Assembly: GCF_018977255.1 (NCBI RefSeq)
Contig: NW_024704743.1
Location: forward strand, 48,486,001 to 48,550,000
Direction of reading: 5' to 3'
Length of the DNA: 64,000 bases
Source of the DNA: Callorhinchus milii
Taxonomy: Eukaryota
The notes under the pieces were generated by a model, which was given only the letters and a program-made list of their open reading frames with translations, was not told where the DNA came from and ran no database searches. The position numbers and the translations under genes were made by a program. This document shows positions 13,416-25,860 of this stretch, piece after piece. Position 1 is the first letter of the stretch. Each line of letters opens with the position of its first letter.

Positions 13416-14158
13416 TTACTAAACTCACTTACTCCTCACTATAATATATCACTAGCTTAAGTTATATTCAGCATCGGCACTCTCACCTACGTACCTAAAT
13501 CACTCTGATAATGCAGTCCAACTGCTGGGCATTGCAGTGATGTGTGGCTAAGTTTACAGTGGTTTGTGAGGCTCATGCCGCACTCTTGTTACTGCCTGTA
13601 AAAGTTCTCAAAGAAAGAAAAGGTCTAAAATGGCAACTGCTGCAGCAAGGGTAGTTCTCAGAGGACGAGTTGAGGGCATGCTGCTGGGATAGAGACAGAG
13701 ATTTATTTCATTCTGCAGCTTTTTACAGCAATCTGACAACTTTTTAAATTTACAAGCCTTAATATTGAAAGGAATTAGTCCTGTGAACACAGAACATTTA
13801 CTTTTATTGATATAATCCAGTGATAACTTTTTTACATTTACAGCTGTTGTAATATTGTAGTAATTCTTGGATCGTTATTCTTATATTTATATGCTAATGG
13901 TCTTTTAAACCCTTCACAGCTTTTGTTCGGGAGCCCTGCCCTGACTGCAGCTGACTGTAAAGTACACCAAGCAAATGGCCCCATACTCACTAAATGCCAC
14001 AGGACGCAAGGTGACCTAAATCATTTAAAAGCATGAGCTCAACTGCACTGAATATTTCTTGACTTCTCGCGGACTGACCCTCTCCTATGTACAAATATAA
14101 GAATAATATCCACCTCCTCCCGTCCTCTTTTCACAGAAGGGAGTAGTTAGCATAAAGT

Positions 14159-14408
14159 TGTCAGCCTGACTCAGCTGGTGACACTCTGACTTCTCAGTCA
14201 GGGATTGTACATTCAAGTCCCACTTTGGAACTTTGAACTCACATATATAGGATGGCACTCCAGTTCAGTGCTGGTGGAATTACTGTGATGTTACACCGAG
14301 ATCCAATCTGCCTCTACGGGTAAACATTAAAGATCCCATGGCACTATTCAAAAAGAGAAGGGAGTTTCTCTTGGTGTCCTGGCCAAGAGTTCCCCAGATT
14401 AAAATAAA
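14159..14408 (+). mobile_element. Deu-domain SINE, 3'-truncated
   Basis: Head GTCAGCCTGACTCAGCTGG and core TAAAGATCCCATGGCACTATTC..GGTGTCCTGGCCAA. Confidence 0.8.
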
Positions 14409-15320
14409 TAGATACTACGCTCACCTAAAAATACAGAGTAACTACATTTCATAGAAAAACTGTGAAAAACGTTTCACCAGCCAGCACAGGAAACATGTTA
14501 GCTTCACACATGCACATTTAATGGGGTCCAAAGTGGAATCATGTCTCAAGTGAATTTGCGTTACAGGGAAGCATGTTGTAATGGGGCTGCACTGTGTTTA
14601 TAAATCCTTTTGCAAATATTGCAAATTGTAAAACTTCTACTCTCAGACATCTCAATATAGCCATAAAAAAGGAGAATTTTAATCTGTAGGTCTCATTTAG
14701 TGGCAAGCCATTTGACTCTCTTTTATCCTCTGCTCATTTCACATTTAACCAACTTTCCAGAAAATATTTTCATTGCAGTAAGCAAATGTGTGAAATTTTC
14801 AAATCGCCGAGGGGTAAAAGTGCTAAAGTAAATCTGCATAATTAATTTTACACTAGGTGCTTTCAATGCCATTTAGAAACTAAACTACTTCATAATGTGA
14901 AGTTACTGTGTTGCAACATTTGAAATACATCAAGCTTGAAATGAATGGCAAAGACTTAAAATGAGAGAAAAATAAGTAAATCCCAGATTTTAGTGACTGT
15001 TGTTGTCCTTAAAAGCTAATATCGATGGATTCTGCAAGAGGCAATAGTGCACAAACCCTTCACTGTCCAGCACCTTGGGACATCATCCTGACGTGAAAGA
15101 CACTACATAAATTTAATTTGTTGTTCTTGCAACAAAAGGGGATAGTAGAGACAAAATACACTAATTCCTAACTTTCCTGTGAAAACAATGGGCGACTGAA
15201 CAATACAATGCTGGCCCAGTTATGTGGCCTTAACTCTGGTCACACCTTGTCAACCAGCTCCCCAACTGTCTTTGAGCACATAGAGTCTTTAAAGTCATTG
15301 CTTCGCTTTCATGTCCATGC

Positions 15321-16400
15321 AACAACAACAACAACAAGATTCCATTTATAAAGCGCCTTTCACGTCAGGAGGACGTCCCAAGGCGCTGCACAGTTGGGTC
15401 ATGACCCGAGCAGGGGGGAAATGGTCAGGGTGAGGGGAGGGAAGGGAGGGAGCAAGGAGGGGGAAATGGTCAGGGTGAGGGGAGGGAAGGGAGGGAGCAA
15501 GGAGGGGGGAAATGGTCAGGGTGAGGGGAGGGAAGGGAGGGAGCGAGGAGGGGGAAGAGAGTCGAGAAGGGAGCTGAAGGCACGGTCAAAGAGAAAGGTT
15601 TTGAGACCGGCCTTGAAGAAGGAAAGGGAGGAGGCGGCGAAGGCACTGGGGGATGGAGTTCCAGAGCCTGGGGGCTGAGAGGCTGAAGGCCCGACCACCG
15701 ATGGTAGGGCGGTTGGGGCGGGGGACGTGGAGCAGACCGGAGCCGGAGGAACGGAGGGTACGGGCAGGTAGGTAGGGGGATAGTAGGTCGGAGAGGTAGG
15801 AGGGAGCAAGGCCGTGAATGGCCTTGTAGGTGAGGATGAGGATCTTGAAATCAATCCTCTGGGGGATGGGGAGCTGGTGGAGGCGAGCGAGGGTGGGAGT
15901 GATGTGGTCCCGAAGCCTGGTGCGGGACAGTACACGAGCTGCAGAGTTCTGAATGACCTGCAGCTTGTGGAGGGAGGTGGCGGGAAGGCCGGCGAGGAGA
16001 GAGTTCCCATAGTCCAGCCTTGAGGTGACAAAGGCATGGACCAGGGTTTCAGCAGCGTGAGGGGTGAGGTAATGCCGTAGTCTGGCGATGTTCCGAAGGT
16101 GATGGAAGGCGGTGCCAGTTGTGGTGCGGATGTGAGGGAGAAAGGACAGCTCAGGGTCGAACAAAACGCCGAGGTTCCTGACTGGCTTTGAGAGGTGGAG
16201 AGTGCAGCCTTGGATGCTGATGGTGTCAGCGCCTGAGGTGCGGAGGCGCTGACGTGAGCCAATCAGGAGGGCCTCGGTTTTTCGCACGTTGAGCTGAAGA
16301 AAGTTGTCTCTCGTCCAGGACTCGATGTCGGACAGGCAGGCTGTCAGGACATCGGTGGTCGTGGAGTTGAGAGTAGAGGAGGAAAGGTAGAGTTGGGTGA
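15321..16400 (-). mobile_element. Young 5'-truncated L2 LINE (ORF2 RT C-terminal part plus 3'UTR)
   Basis: Open frame from TQLYLS (just after the YADD position) through NFLQLNVRKTE, VRNLGVLFD, LVHAFVTSRLDYGNSLL, KLQVIQNSAARVL, IPQRIDFKIL and APRLWNSIP. (AAC)n tail at 15321. Confidence 0.95.
15413..15557. repeat. Purine/G-rich tandem repeat, ~45-bp unit x3, in the L2 3'UTR
   Basis: GGGGGAAATGGTCAGGGTGAGGGGAGGGAAGGGAGGGAGC(A/G)AGGA repeated three times. Confidence 0.9.
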
Positions 16401-17600
16401 TGCATAACCCAGGGTTATGCAGAACCTTCCTGGGTTATTATTATAGGAGAGAATGGATATTCGCTTGACCAGTAGATCACATCTGCAGTTGAATGAAGGA
16501 AGGGGGAAGCAGACAGCAATATTTTTTGCATGTTTATTTGAAATAGTTTTAATTCAAAAATGATATTGAGAGTAAAAGACAATTTGGACACAAAAATCGC
16601 AACTGATGCACCCTAGCAAACAAATCTATATAACATTTCCTTCAGCATCTTTCCTGATAAATCCTTCTTGTTACTGTATATAGACTGGAATATTTATATA
16701 TCACAAACAGTTTTTATCCAGTTTTTATGGCTCAATTTCCTGGCTGTGTTAATCATGTCAGTACATTGCTTTATATACCATTATTATTATTATAAATCAC
16801 AATACATTTGTACTTAATAACATAATTTACACTCTGTTTGCTGGCAAAGAATTCCCTCATGATGGGGTTATACACCAGAATGCTGAAGAAATAAGATAGT
16901 CATTGTTCAGCAGGCTACATTAATCACTTTGCCTGGTTTCTAATATTTTTGGCCACTCAACAAAAAAATCTTTATTAATCCATTTCTACTCAGTTTCCAT
17001 TATGTGCATTCAAGTAATAATACCAAAGGCACTGAGAATGTATTTGAGAAATATCTGGGATTACTTCTTCATTGCACTTAATAGGCAATGTTCTGTTCAT
17101 TGTAGTTTTGAAATTCTCCCACATTTGTATCATGTGTCTTGGCCCTCTCACCACGAGCATCTGTTACAAATGTGCCTGAAGTCAATTTATGAATAAGGAA
17201 GGACTACAGAGCTACAAATGCCAAGGTTGCTAGTGGATTAATAAGGTATATTGTTTGAGAGTCAGTTAAGTTGTTTGGTCAAAGGTCTCATATTTTGAAC
17301 TTGCTTTGAAGTGCAGGGACTTAAATAGGTAAGTGCAGCAGCTAATCTAAATCAAGTGACATCCCACAAACATAAACACCACTGAGATGAATGAGCACTT
17401 TTAATCTATCTCCGTATCTCAGTATTGAAGCTCGACTACTTATGTTCTACATGTACTTAAGGGTTGCTTCAATCAGTTCTTATGAGGTTCCCACAGTTGG
17501 AATGGAAAATTGTACAAGGCAGACAGGCAATTAGCCCCTTCCCAAATAACACATCCATGAGCTACAAAATTTGTAACTCCAAGTGGCAATGGGGCTAAGC

Positions 17601-17834
17601 CAGTGGCAATGGGGCTAAGGCTGTGGCCCATGGGCCGGAATTGGCCTGCAGAGCTGTCAAGAAGTGCCCCCTTCCTGCGAATATTTGCACGAGTCTAGGT
17701 AAGTCTTTGTTTGATTGGCAGTGTGTGTTCCGTCTTTTCTAGATTGAATATTTTTTGATTTATGCCATAAATCATGAAATATTCAATCAAGAATATTTAT
17801 TTTGTTGGCAGACCATTAAGGTTGACCACCACTG
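17601..17834. mobile_element. hAT-type MITE with perfect 8-bp TSD
   Basis: GGCTAAGC at 17593-17600 and 17835-17842. Starts CAGTGG, ends AGGTTGACCACCACTG, and has an internal palindrome. Confidence 0.85.
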
Positions 17835-18199
17835 GGCTAAGCAATAAGCATAAAAGTTATTTTAGTGGCAATTGACCAACATTTATGACTGAGCCCAATA
17901 TTTGAATCCATTACTTTATAAGTTACTGCCATCAATGAATGAACTCATCCCATTATCAGAGATCAGCATTAACAGTAAGTACCAGAACAAATCAAATACA
18001 TGACACTGATAATTTACTGTATAAAATTACTTAGAGCAGAGCTGCTTAGAAAATAGTGAATATGAACCAAATAAGAACATACCTGAGAAGAACATCGGGA
18101 AAAATGTTGAACATCAACATAAAACGGGAAGTTGCGAGCAGGAAAGTAAGAGATTTAAAGATGATTAAAGGAGTCAAAGAGATATGTTTATAGAAGATA

Positions 18200-18600
18200 T
18201 TCAAAGGCAGGGGGAAAGGTAACAAGGCAGCATAGTATTAGAACTGCGTAAGATAACTTAGCTTCAGAGTTCTGAATTACTTGAAGCTTCTGGAGAGTGG
18301 AGCTCCAATGCACTGGTGAAGAGAACTTTGCAAAAATGCTTTCTTTGAGGTGAACTATCGGATAAGTAGTGGAGCTCAATCAAGGTGTTAGTGGGAATTG
18401 GTCCAGAGGCAGATGAAGGCAGTTTTGATGAAGGTTCATTTGTGCGGTTCGACTCTCAGCTCAGAGTGATGGCAATAGAGGGGTGTGGGAGAGGGGATTA
18501 AGAAGGGTGGTGGCTCATGTGAAGTATACACATCATCATGAACTAGTTGGAATGAAGGGTCTATTTCCATGCAATATGGTTCCATAACTGTATTGCGCTC
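18200..18600 (-). mobile_element. Highly degraded L2 ORF2 remnant
   Basis: Minus-strand translation STLQKLQVIQNSEAK resembles the L2 motif LHKLQVIQNSAAR. Confidence 0.55.
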
Positions 18601-18864
18601 AATCAGTCCTGCGCCCCTACCCATCACATATCTGGATCCTTTGGTCCATTGATACAATCTGCAACAAGTAAAGTATCAATGGAAGGTGCAATAAATTCAC
18701 AAGACAGGATTTTGCATTGGGGTGAAATTAGTGACATTTCATAATGTGCTCTGAACTCCTAATAAAAGGCAACAAATTTCACCACATTTTTTTCTTAATG
18801 CTTTATATTTATTTTATTGTTTGATATTTATGAATGAATGAATGAATGTTTTTTTTGGTCAGCT

Positions 18865-19065
18865 GGGTGTCTGACACATGCGGAAACCCATGCTTACGAG
18901 TATAAAAACGAAGCTGAGATTTCCATACATCCCACCTACACGGGAAAAACCCAGCGATAGATTATTGGAATGGAATGCGCACTCTTTCCTTGGAGGGACA
19001 CTTCCTGCTTACCTAATTCCAGAAAGTATTAGGTGCAGGTTGGCAAGAGGCAAGGCTTGGGGACT
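18865..19065. repeat. Unclassified dispersed repeat X
   Basis: GGTGTCTGACACATGCGGAAACCCAT...CCTGCTTACCTAATTCC..TATTAGGTGCAGGTTGG is shared with 51066-51280. Confidence 0.75.
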
Positions 19066-19087
19066 ATCCTTGCCAGTAATCCTTCAG

Positions 19088-19252
19088 ATCAATTGGTCAT
19101 TCATTTCATGCGCGTTTGTGGGATCTTAATGTGCAAACACATTGGCTGCATGTTTGCCTACAAAATACAGTTACTACACTTGACAACAATCCTTTGTGAA
19201 TCATTTTGAGACATTCCAAAATTATAGACCCTATATCAAATAGTATTATTAT
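19088..19252 (+). mobile_element. SINE 3' half
   Basis: TTGGCTGCATGTTTGCCTACAAAATACAGT..CTATATCAAATAGTATTATT. Confidence 0.7.
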
Positions 19253-20394
19253 GAATTGATTTCAACTTCCACAGCCTAAGGAGAGGGGAAAATAAACTGA
19301 ACAGAACTCCATTTGTGTAATTGAATCTTCTGCATCTAAAAGTGTGGTTGTTGTGCCACATGGTTAAGTTGTTGCAAGATCTAGCTCTGTTATATTCATG
19401 GACAGATTTGTTTGCAACAAAAATACGCTCGTCGAGAAAGATTACTACAAAATCAATCGTCTAGCAGTCTGGGAAACTTTTAAGTGAACTCTGACTCCAC
19501 TTTTGTAAGACCGCAAATCCTCACTGACAATATATCAACTTTCAACATATCTCAGGTGGAGAAAATATGTCTGTTAGTGCCATCAGGGAATTTGTGTTGA
19601 ACTGATCATTTTCCCCCAGTTTCAGGGATTTTCTGCATTCTTCTTCCTTTCAGTCTGCTACCTGCTGTTAGAGGCAAGACTTTGTGGGATCACCAAGCAA
19701 TATATTACACTTTCAGACTGCTGTGTCTGAAGGGGCAGACAACAAAGAAGACAGATTTAGAACCGGCATTTGCTTAAGTATTCCTTTTAGCGTGATATAC
19801 AGTCAGTGAATGTTAAAAAAACTAGAACTTTTTAATTAATGCATGCATTGAGAAACAAGTCAAAAGTCCTGTGAAAAAAAGGATCTGATACTCTCTGAAA
19901 CTGGCAAGCTTCAGTGAGCGTCTGATTTTCACTGTGATATACATTTTCAGTTTTATCTTGCAGAGAATGAATTATGAATTACGGTCATTACTTTTGGGCC
20001 TCTTTCTAAACATTTTAAGCATGGAGCATTAATAATTTCCTCTCCAGAGATTAATTCCAGATACTAGTCTTACTAAGATGTGGGTGTGATTACATTTCAT
20101 TCTTGTCATCTTTTATTGATCTGATTTTGCAGTTGGAATCTTTTGTCAACTTAATTACATGTAAAGAAGCAAGAAAACGAGTTGCTTCTTCTTATAGCTG
20201 ACATTCAATAGCTGGTTTAGGTATAATTGAGCTACATTACTACAAACCTTTGTCATGCCCTGCCAACACCCAAAAGTCATGAGTTGTATTAAGCAGTCAC
20301 CTACAGATCTAACACCTGGTACTTTATCAAGGAAAATACAGCTGAAGGACGAGAACCACCAGCCTTGGCATTGGCTTTTGCAGAGTCAATGTGT

Positions 20395-20476
20395 TAGTGT
20401 TGTGGCATAAATCAAGAAATATTCAATCAAGAAACATTTATTTTGTTGGCCAACCAAAAAGGTTAATTATTCACTG
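20395..20476. mobile_element. hAT MITE 3' fragment
   Basis: GCATAAATCAAGAAATATTCAATCAAGAAACATTTATTTTGTTGGCCAACC, as in the 17601 and 50852 copies. Confidence 0.75.
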
Positions 20477-20829
20477 TCTATCGGAAATACTGAGAAGAGT
20501 TGTTAGTTTTTTATCTCTTGTAGGGAATGTAGTGGTAAAGTACATATATGCACAGTGACTACGGGCACAGTGACTCCATAGCCACAACAGTGAGTTTACC
20601 TGTTTAATATAATTTCATACTGAATCATGTCTTTGAGCAACACACAAGCAACTGTACTGATGTTTCCAAACTTATTTCACCTAGGATTCTTAAAGCCAGG
20701 GGAGGGAGCATATTTGTATGTTGCAAACTATATAAACAAATGTAATTTTGTTTTGTACGTGCGAGAATCTGAAAAATGTGTATGCACGAAAGTATATAAA
20801 AGAACGCACACACGGGAGAAAAGAGAGAC

Positions 20830-21430
20830 AATAACAATAACAACAAATTACATTTATATAGCGCCTTTCATGTTGGGAGGATGTCCCAAGGCACTGAACA
20901 ATCAGGGAATTTGGACTCAAACTGGGGGTTGGTATCAACAGGGGCGGAGAGCACGAAGGGTAGGGATGGGAGGGTGACTGAAGGCACGGTCGTAGTGGAG
21001 GGTCTTGAGATGGGCCTTGAAGGGAGCCAAGCGAGGGAGCAAAATGAAGGGACTGTGAGATGGAGTACCAAAGGATGAGGGCAGAGAGGCTGAAGGCCTG
21101 ACCGCTGATAATGAGGATGGGCGGGCAGGGGACATGGAACAGCCTGCTGAGTGGAGGGAATGGGCAGGTTGCTATGGCGTTAACAGGACACAAAGGTAGG
21201 GAGGAGCAAGGCCGTGGGTGGCTTTGAAGGCAAGGATGAGGATTTTGAACTCTATCCTCTGAGGGATGGGGAGCCAGTGGAGCCGGGTGAGGGTGGGGGT
21301 GATAGGGTCACAGAGCCTGGTGCAGGAAAGGACATGAGCTGCAGAGTTCTAGATGATTTGCAGCTTGTGGGGGGAAGAGTTGAAAAGGCCAACAAGCAGG
21401 GAACTTGCATAGTCGAGCCTGGATGTGATG
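20830..21430 (-). mobile_element. 5'-truncated L2 LINE
   Basis: Similar to 15321-16030, with translation fragments GQAFSLSA and FKAHLKT and an (AAC)n tail. Confidence 0.9.
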
Positions 21431-21440
21431 ACTACTACAA

Positions 21441-21683
21441 CTAATAATAATCCTTGCATTTGATACAGCACCTTATCACGTCTTCAAGACATCTCAAAGC
21501 GCTTCACAGAATATACTGTAAGGTGAATTGATTAATCGACTAAGAACTGGGTTCCTACTTACTGCTTGGTAAAAAGAGGCTTGTGGAGTAAGAAAACTTG
21601 CCCAACATTTTGCCGTGCCGGGAATCAAACCCAGGTCTCTCACTTGCGAGGCGAGTGCTCTAACCATTGAGCTATAGGATTCC
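21441..21683 (-). mobile_element. tRNA(Ala)-headed SINE family A with an internal deletion
   Basis: Reversed head GAGTGCTCTAACCATTGAGCTATAGGATTCC and reversed tail AATAATAATCCTTGCATTTGATA. Confidence 0.9.
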
Positions 21684-22900
21684 ACATTGTCATGGATGTG
21701 ATGAGACAAAAGCGAAGAAGATGGAGAGAGAGACGTGGCGAGGCCAGACATGGTGGCGAGATCCAGAAAGTTGTGCTCCTGCGCTTTGACGATAAAGTAG
21801 ATGCTCTTATATTTTTGACTAAATATTTACTTAATGTTTCAGAGCTCTTACAAGACTGTAGAGGGCACTTCAATGTGAATTACAGTTCCTGCCTCGTTCT
21901 GTTGTTGATTGGTTGCCATTAAAACTCCTCCAAGTGGCAGTAAAGAATTGAATTTCTGGGGTTACTTCAGCACCAAATATAACTTATTTGAGTAAAGTAA
22001 CAAAATAAGGACTGTATAAAGTTTTAGCTCTGTGACTCCATAGCATTAAATACACTTTCAAATTGACTTTTTAGCTTCTGCGTGGAGATAAAACCCATAT
22101 CATTGCTTTAATCCCATATAGCAGGCCATAAGTATGGAAATAGTAATAGTAATCTAGCAATGATGTAGAAAATGTGAAATTATGAAAAATAGTTCCACTC
22201 TTTAGACTCTATTTAGAGTCAATCGGATTCTTAGAAAGTGCATTTAAACTCAGTCAGAATGGTAATTTTATGCAGTGCTTGTGGCTGCTTGGTCCAGGCA
22301 CAGGATACATTTATGTATATTGATAATCTTTCATTTTTCCCAGTGGCTGTTGCCCTGTGGCTGTTAAACGCAATGTTTGGTATTACTCTCAGGGTACTTT
22401 TTCGTATGACAATAGGTTTTGAATGTGGGTTGGACTGCTATCTTACAGATTATATCTGTTCAAACACATAGAGTTGTCTTCATTATTGTAACTAACCACT
22501 AACAAAAAAGATTACAAGATTAAATATATAAGTAACATCACCTATGTGTGTGTTTGATTGCAGTTACTCCATGGTTCCATTTTACACCAATACCTCTGTG
22601 ATACATAACAAACGCTAGAAATATAACAATTATCCTGATATTTGATACGTTATCACATCGTCAAAACTTCTCAAAGCACTTCACAGGATTCACTGTAAAG
22701 TGTTGTGCATGTATATTTTCAGGTGATCGCAGTAGCCAACTTGCACAGAGTTATGCCCCACAAACAGCTAAGAAGTGAATTACAATATAAATTTACATTT
22801 ATATAACGCCTTGCATGTCGAGAGGATGTTCCAATATGCTTAACGGTCCTGCCTTGACACCCAAGCTGGGCATAGGAGTGGGGAAGCGAAAGATGAGCTG

Positions 22901-23848
22901 CCTCCACCCTGAACTCCAGGACTACTGGCGTCCTGACCGACTGCCTGTCCGACATCAAGTCCTGGACAAGGGCCAACTTTCTCCAACTCAATGTCAGCAA
23001 GACCAAGGCCCTCCTGATTGGCTCATGCCAACGTCTCCGCACCTCAGGCGCTGGCAGCATCAGCCTCCACGGCTGCACACTCAACCCCACTAAGCCAGTC
23101 AGGAACCTGGGTGTCTTGTTTGACCCTGAACTGTCCTTTCTCCCCCACATCCGCGCCATGACCGGGCACTGCCTACCACCACCTCCGCAATATTGCCAGA
23201 CTCCACCACTGCCTCACCCCTCAGGCTGCCGAAACCCTCATCTACACATTCGTCACCTCAAGGCTCGATTACAGGAACTCCCTCCTCATCGGCCTTCCCA
23301 ACTCTTCCCTTCACAAGCTGCAGATCATCCAAAACTCTGCAGCTCGTGTACTCTCACGCACGAGGCTCCGTGACGCCATCACCCCCACCCTCGCCCGACT
23401 CCACTCGCTCCCCATCCCCCAGAGGATCGAGTTCAAGATCCTCGTCTTCACCTTTAAGGCCATCCATGGCCTTGCCCGCTCCTACCTCTCTGACCTGCTG
23501 ACTCCCTAACAACCTGCCCGCTCCCTCCGTTCAGCGGGCTTCGGCCTGCTCCATGTCTTCCGCCCGACCCGCCCTACCATCGGTGGCCGGGCTCTCTGCC
23601 CCCACACTCTGGAACTCCATCCCACGGTCCCTTCGCCTCGCTTCCTCCCTTGCCTCCTTCAAGGCCAGTCTCAAGACCCTTCTCTTCGACCATGCCTTTG
23701 GTCTCTCTCCCACCTCTCCTCCTTCCCTCACCCCTACACCACCCCTCCCCCATGCTCGGGCCCCGACACCTGATTGTTCAACGCTTTGGGACATCCTCCC
23801 GACGTGAAAGGCGCTCTATAAATGTAATTTTGTTGTTTGTTGTTGTTG
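22901..23848 (+). mobile_element. 5'-truncated L2 LINE (duplicate at 30739-31656)
   Basis: Encodes NFLQLNVSKTK, VRNLGVLFDPELSFLPHIR and TLWNSIP..FKASLKT with frameshifts. (TTG)n tail. Confidence 0.92.
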
Positions 23849-23859
23849 AGCGAAAGCGC

Positions 23860-24000
23860 AGTCAGAGGTTGGTCTTGAGACAGACCTTGAATGAGGTGAG
23901 TGACTGAGAGAATCAGAGGGACTCCAGGAGGGAGCTCCAGAGTGTGGGGGCAAAATGGCTGAAAGCCCGCTTGCCGATGATGGGGCAGATAGGGCAGGGA
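23860..24000 (-). mobile_element. Inverted L2 3' fragment abutting the previous L2
   Basis: GGTCTTGAGACAGACCTTGAA..AGCTCCAGAGTGTGGGGGCA is the reverse complement of ~23570-23690. Confidence 0.75.
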
Positions 24001-24018
24001 TGTGAGGCGAGTTTTATC

Positions 24019-24250
24019 TGAGAGATTGTTGGCCAGGACACCAGAAAATCCCATCTCTTCTCAAATAGTGCCACAGGATGTTACCTGAACAGGCAGGCAG
24101 CAGGACATTGGTTCAACATCTCATCCAAAGGATGGCACCTCCAACAATGCAGTGTCAGCCTACATTTAAGTTCAAAGTACCAACATTGGGTTTCAACCCA
24201 CAACGCCCTGATTCAGAAGTGAGAGTGCTGCCAATTTAGCCAGGCTGATA
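24019..24250 (-). mobile_element. Deu-domain SINE 5' half (duplicate at ~31827-32058)
   Basis: TTGGCCAGGACACCAG..CAAATAGTGCCA..GAGAGTGCTGCCAATTTAGCCAGGCTGA. Confidence 0.8.
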
Positions 24251-25737
24251 GCTGAGCCAGGCTGACATCATTTGAGCAGTGTTGCCCATGGAGTAACTGC
24301 AATAGACAGGTGTGGCTACGGCGACACCATTTTAGCAACAGTAAAATAATTTTAATAGAAAATGCATTACCTACATTCTCACACAATACAGGTAAATGTA
24401 CTTCACATGTATGTTTATAACAACTTGCATTTATATAGCACCCTTCACGCCAGACGTTGTTTACGTGTATATTTACTTAAGAAACATCTACCACCATTCA
24501 GTGCGACACTTTGCAGTGTTTTTCTTTTGCTGGATGCACAGACCCGCCCCTGCTCTCCACCCAGAGTGTGGGTGTTTGGTTGCTGTTTGCCCTTTGCCAG
24601 GATGAGCCCTGTTGGAGCTGTTCATTATTGACTGGGTTTGCTTTCTTCTGCTGCCTGGAATGGTTATTCCAGTTGGTCGAGCTGACCATGATTGACAGCT
24701 CCCCTCTTCACACAATATTGCTGGTGCTGAAACCTGGTGTTTTCACCAGTGTTACACACCATTTTAGCAGATAACCAATAAGTAGTAACCATGAAAATAA
24801 AGCATACATGACAATCAAAAAACCCTCACACCCGCTGCTTTTTGTCTTACTATTTTACCAACAAATGCACAAAAAGGTCAAAGTACACATCCATATGCCG
24901 TGCAAATATGAGTATTGAGATCACACGCACTATGGTGTTTATTATTCGTTTTTTTATTTACTAATCAAAAATGCAATTTAGCCATATCTGGATTCCCAAT
25001 TCACCATATGTGGCTCATGGCTAATGTTTTGGACAAACCTGCTTCAGAGAATCAGAAAAGCAGCAACAAAGTTTTCAGGTTCAACAGTTATAAATTGTGC
25101 AGTTATGTTACATCTCTTATCCAATGAAGCAAAGCCATTGGAGGAGTATTTTGAGGGGAGAAGAAAGTGAAGGGAAATCACCAAAACTACTGAGGACTAT
25201 ATAAGGGGGAAAAAATCTTTGAAACGCATACCACATTAAATCTAAATAGTAAGAACATCTCCTTTACCAATTAATTTAGCAACAAATGGCAAAACTTTTC
25301 ACAGCGAAATTCTTAAATGGTTTAAATACAAACTTCTTATTGCAAACCCCAGAGAAACATCATATCCCAAATGGTACGCAGAACACCAATGCCCATTATT
25401 AATAAATGGGACATACACTAATTACTGCAAATAATCTGAGTGGGTAACGTACAGTTCAATAACAGAAAATAACCCAGTCAATGCATTATAACTTTATTAA
25501 TCTCTTATTTCAGTTTCTTTCGGCCAAGTCTCCCAACAGCCCAGTTTAAATAGGCTTGATTTAAAAAAATGAACTATACCACACAGCAGTTCAAACAATA
25601 AAGAAAATCTCATATTGCCATTGATGCATTGTTGAACCTATACAGTTTACCAGAACTGCCTTTGATCCACGTGAAAGAAAGAATTGTGGCACTGTTTAAG
25701 ATCCAACTTTCACCTGTTCACTAATGAATATGCAGCA

Positions 25738-25860
25738 TTAATAATAATAATAATAATAATCCTTGCATTTATATAGCGCTTTTCACGTCGGAGGACGTCC
25801 AAAGCGCTTCACAGAACACACTGTTAAAGTGAATTGACTGTATATTTGTGGCGAACAAAC
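25738..25860 (-). mobile_element. SINE 3' tail with (TAA)n (duplicate at ~33546-33674)
   Basis: (TAA)n followed by CCTTGCATTT..AAAGCGCTTCACAGAA..GTGAATTGACTGTATATTTGTGG. Confidence 0.85.

Noticed and set aside
15413..15557. CRISPR-like array
   Set aside because: Head-to-tail units with no unique spacers, in a eukaryotic LINE context.
15516..16287. 233- and 248-aa ORFs as host genes
   Set aside because: They are the L2 ORF2 remnant and its alternative-frame shadow.
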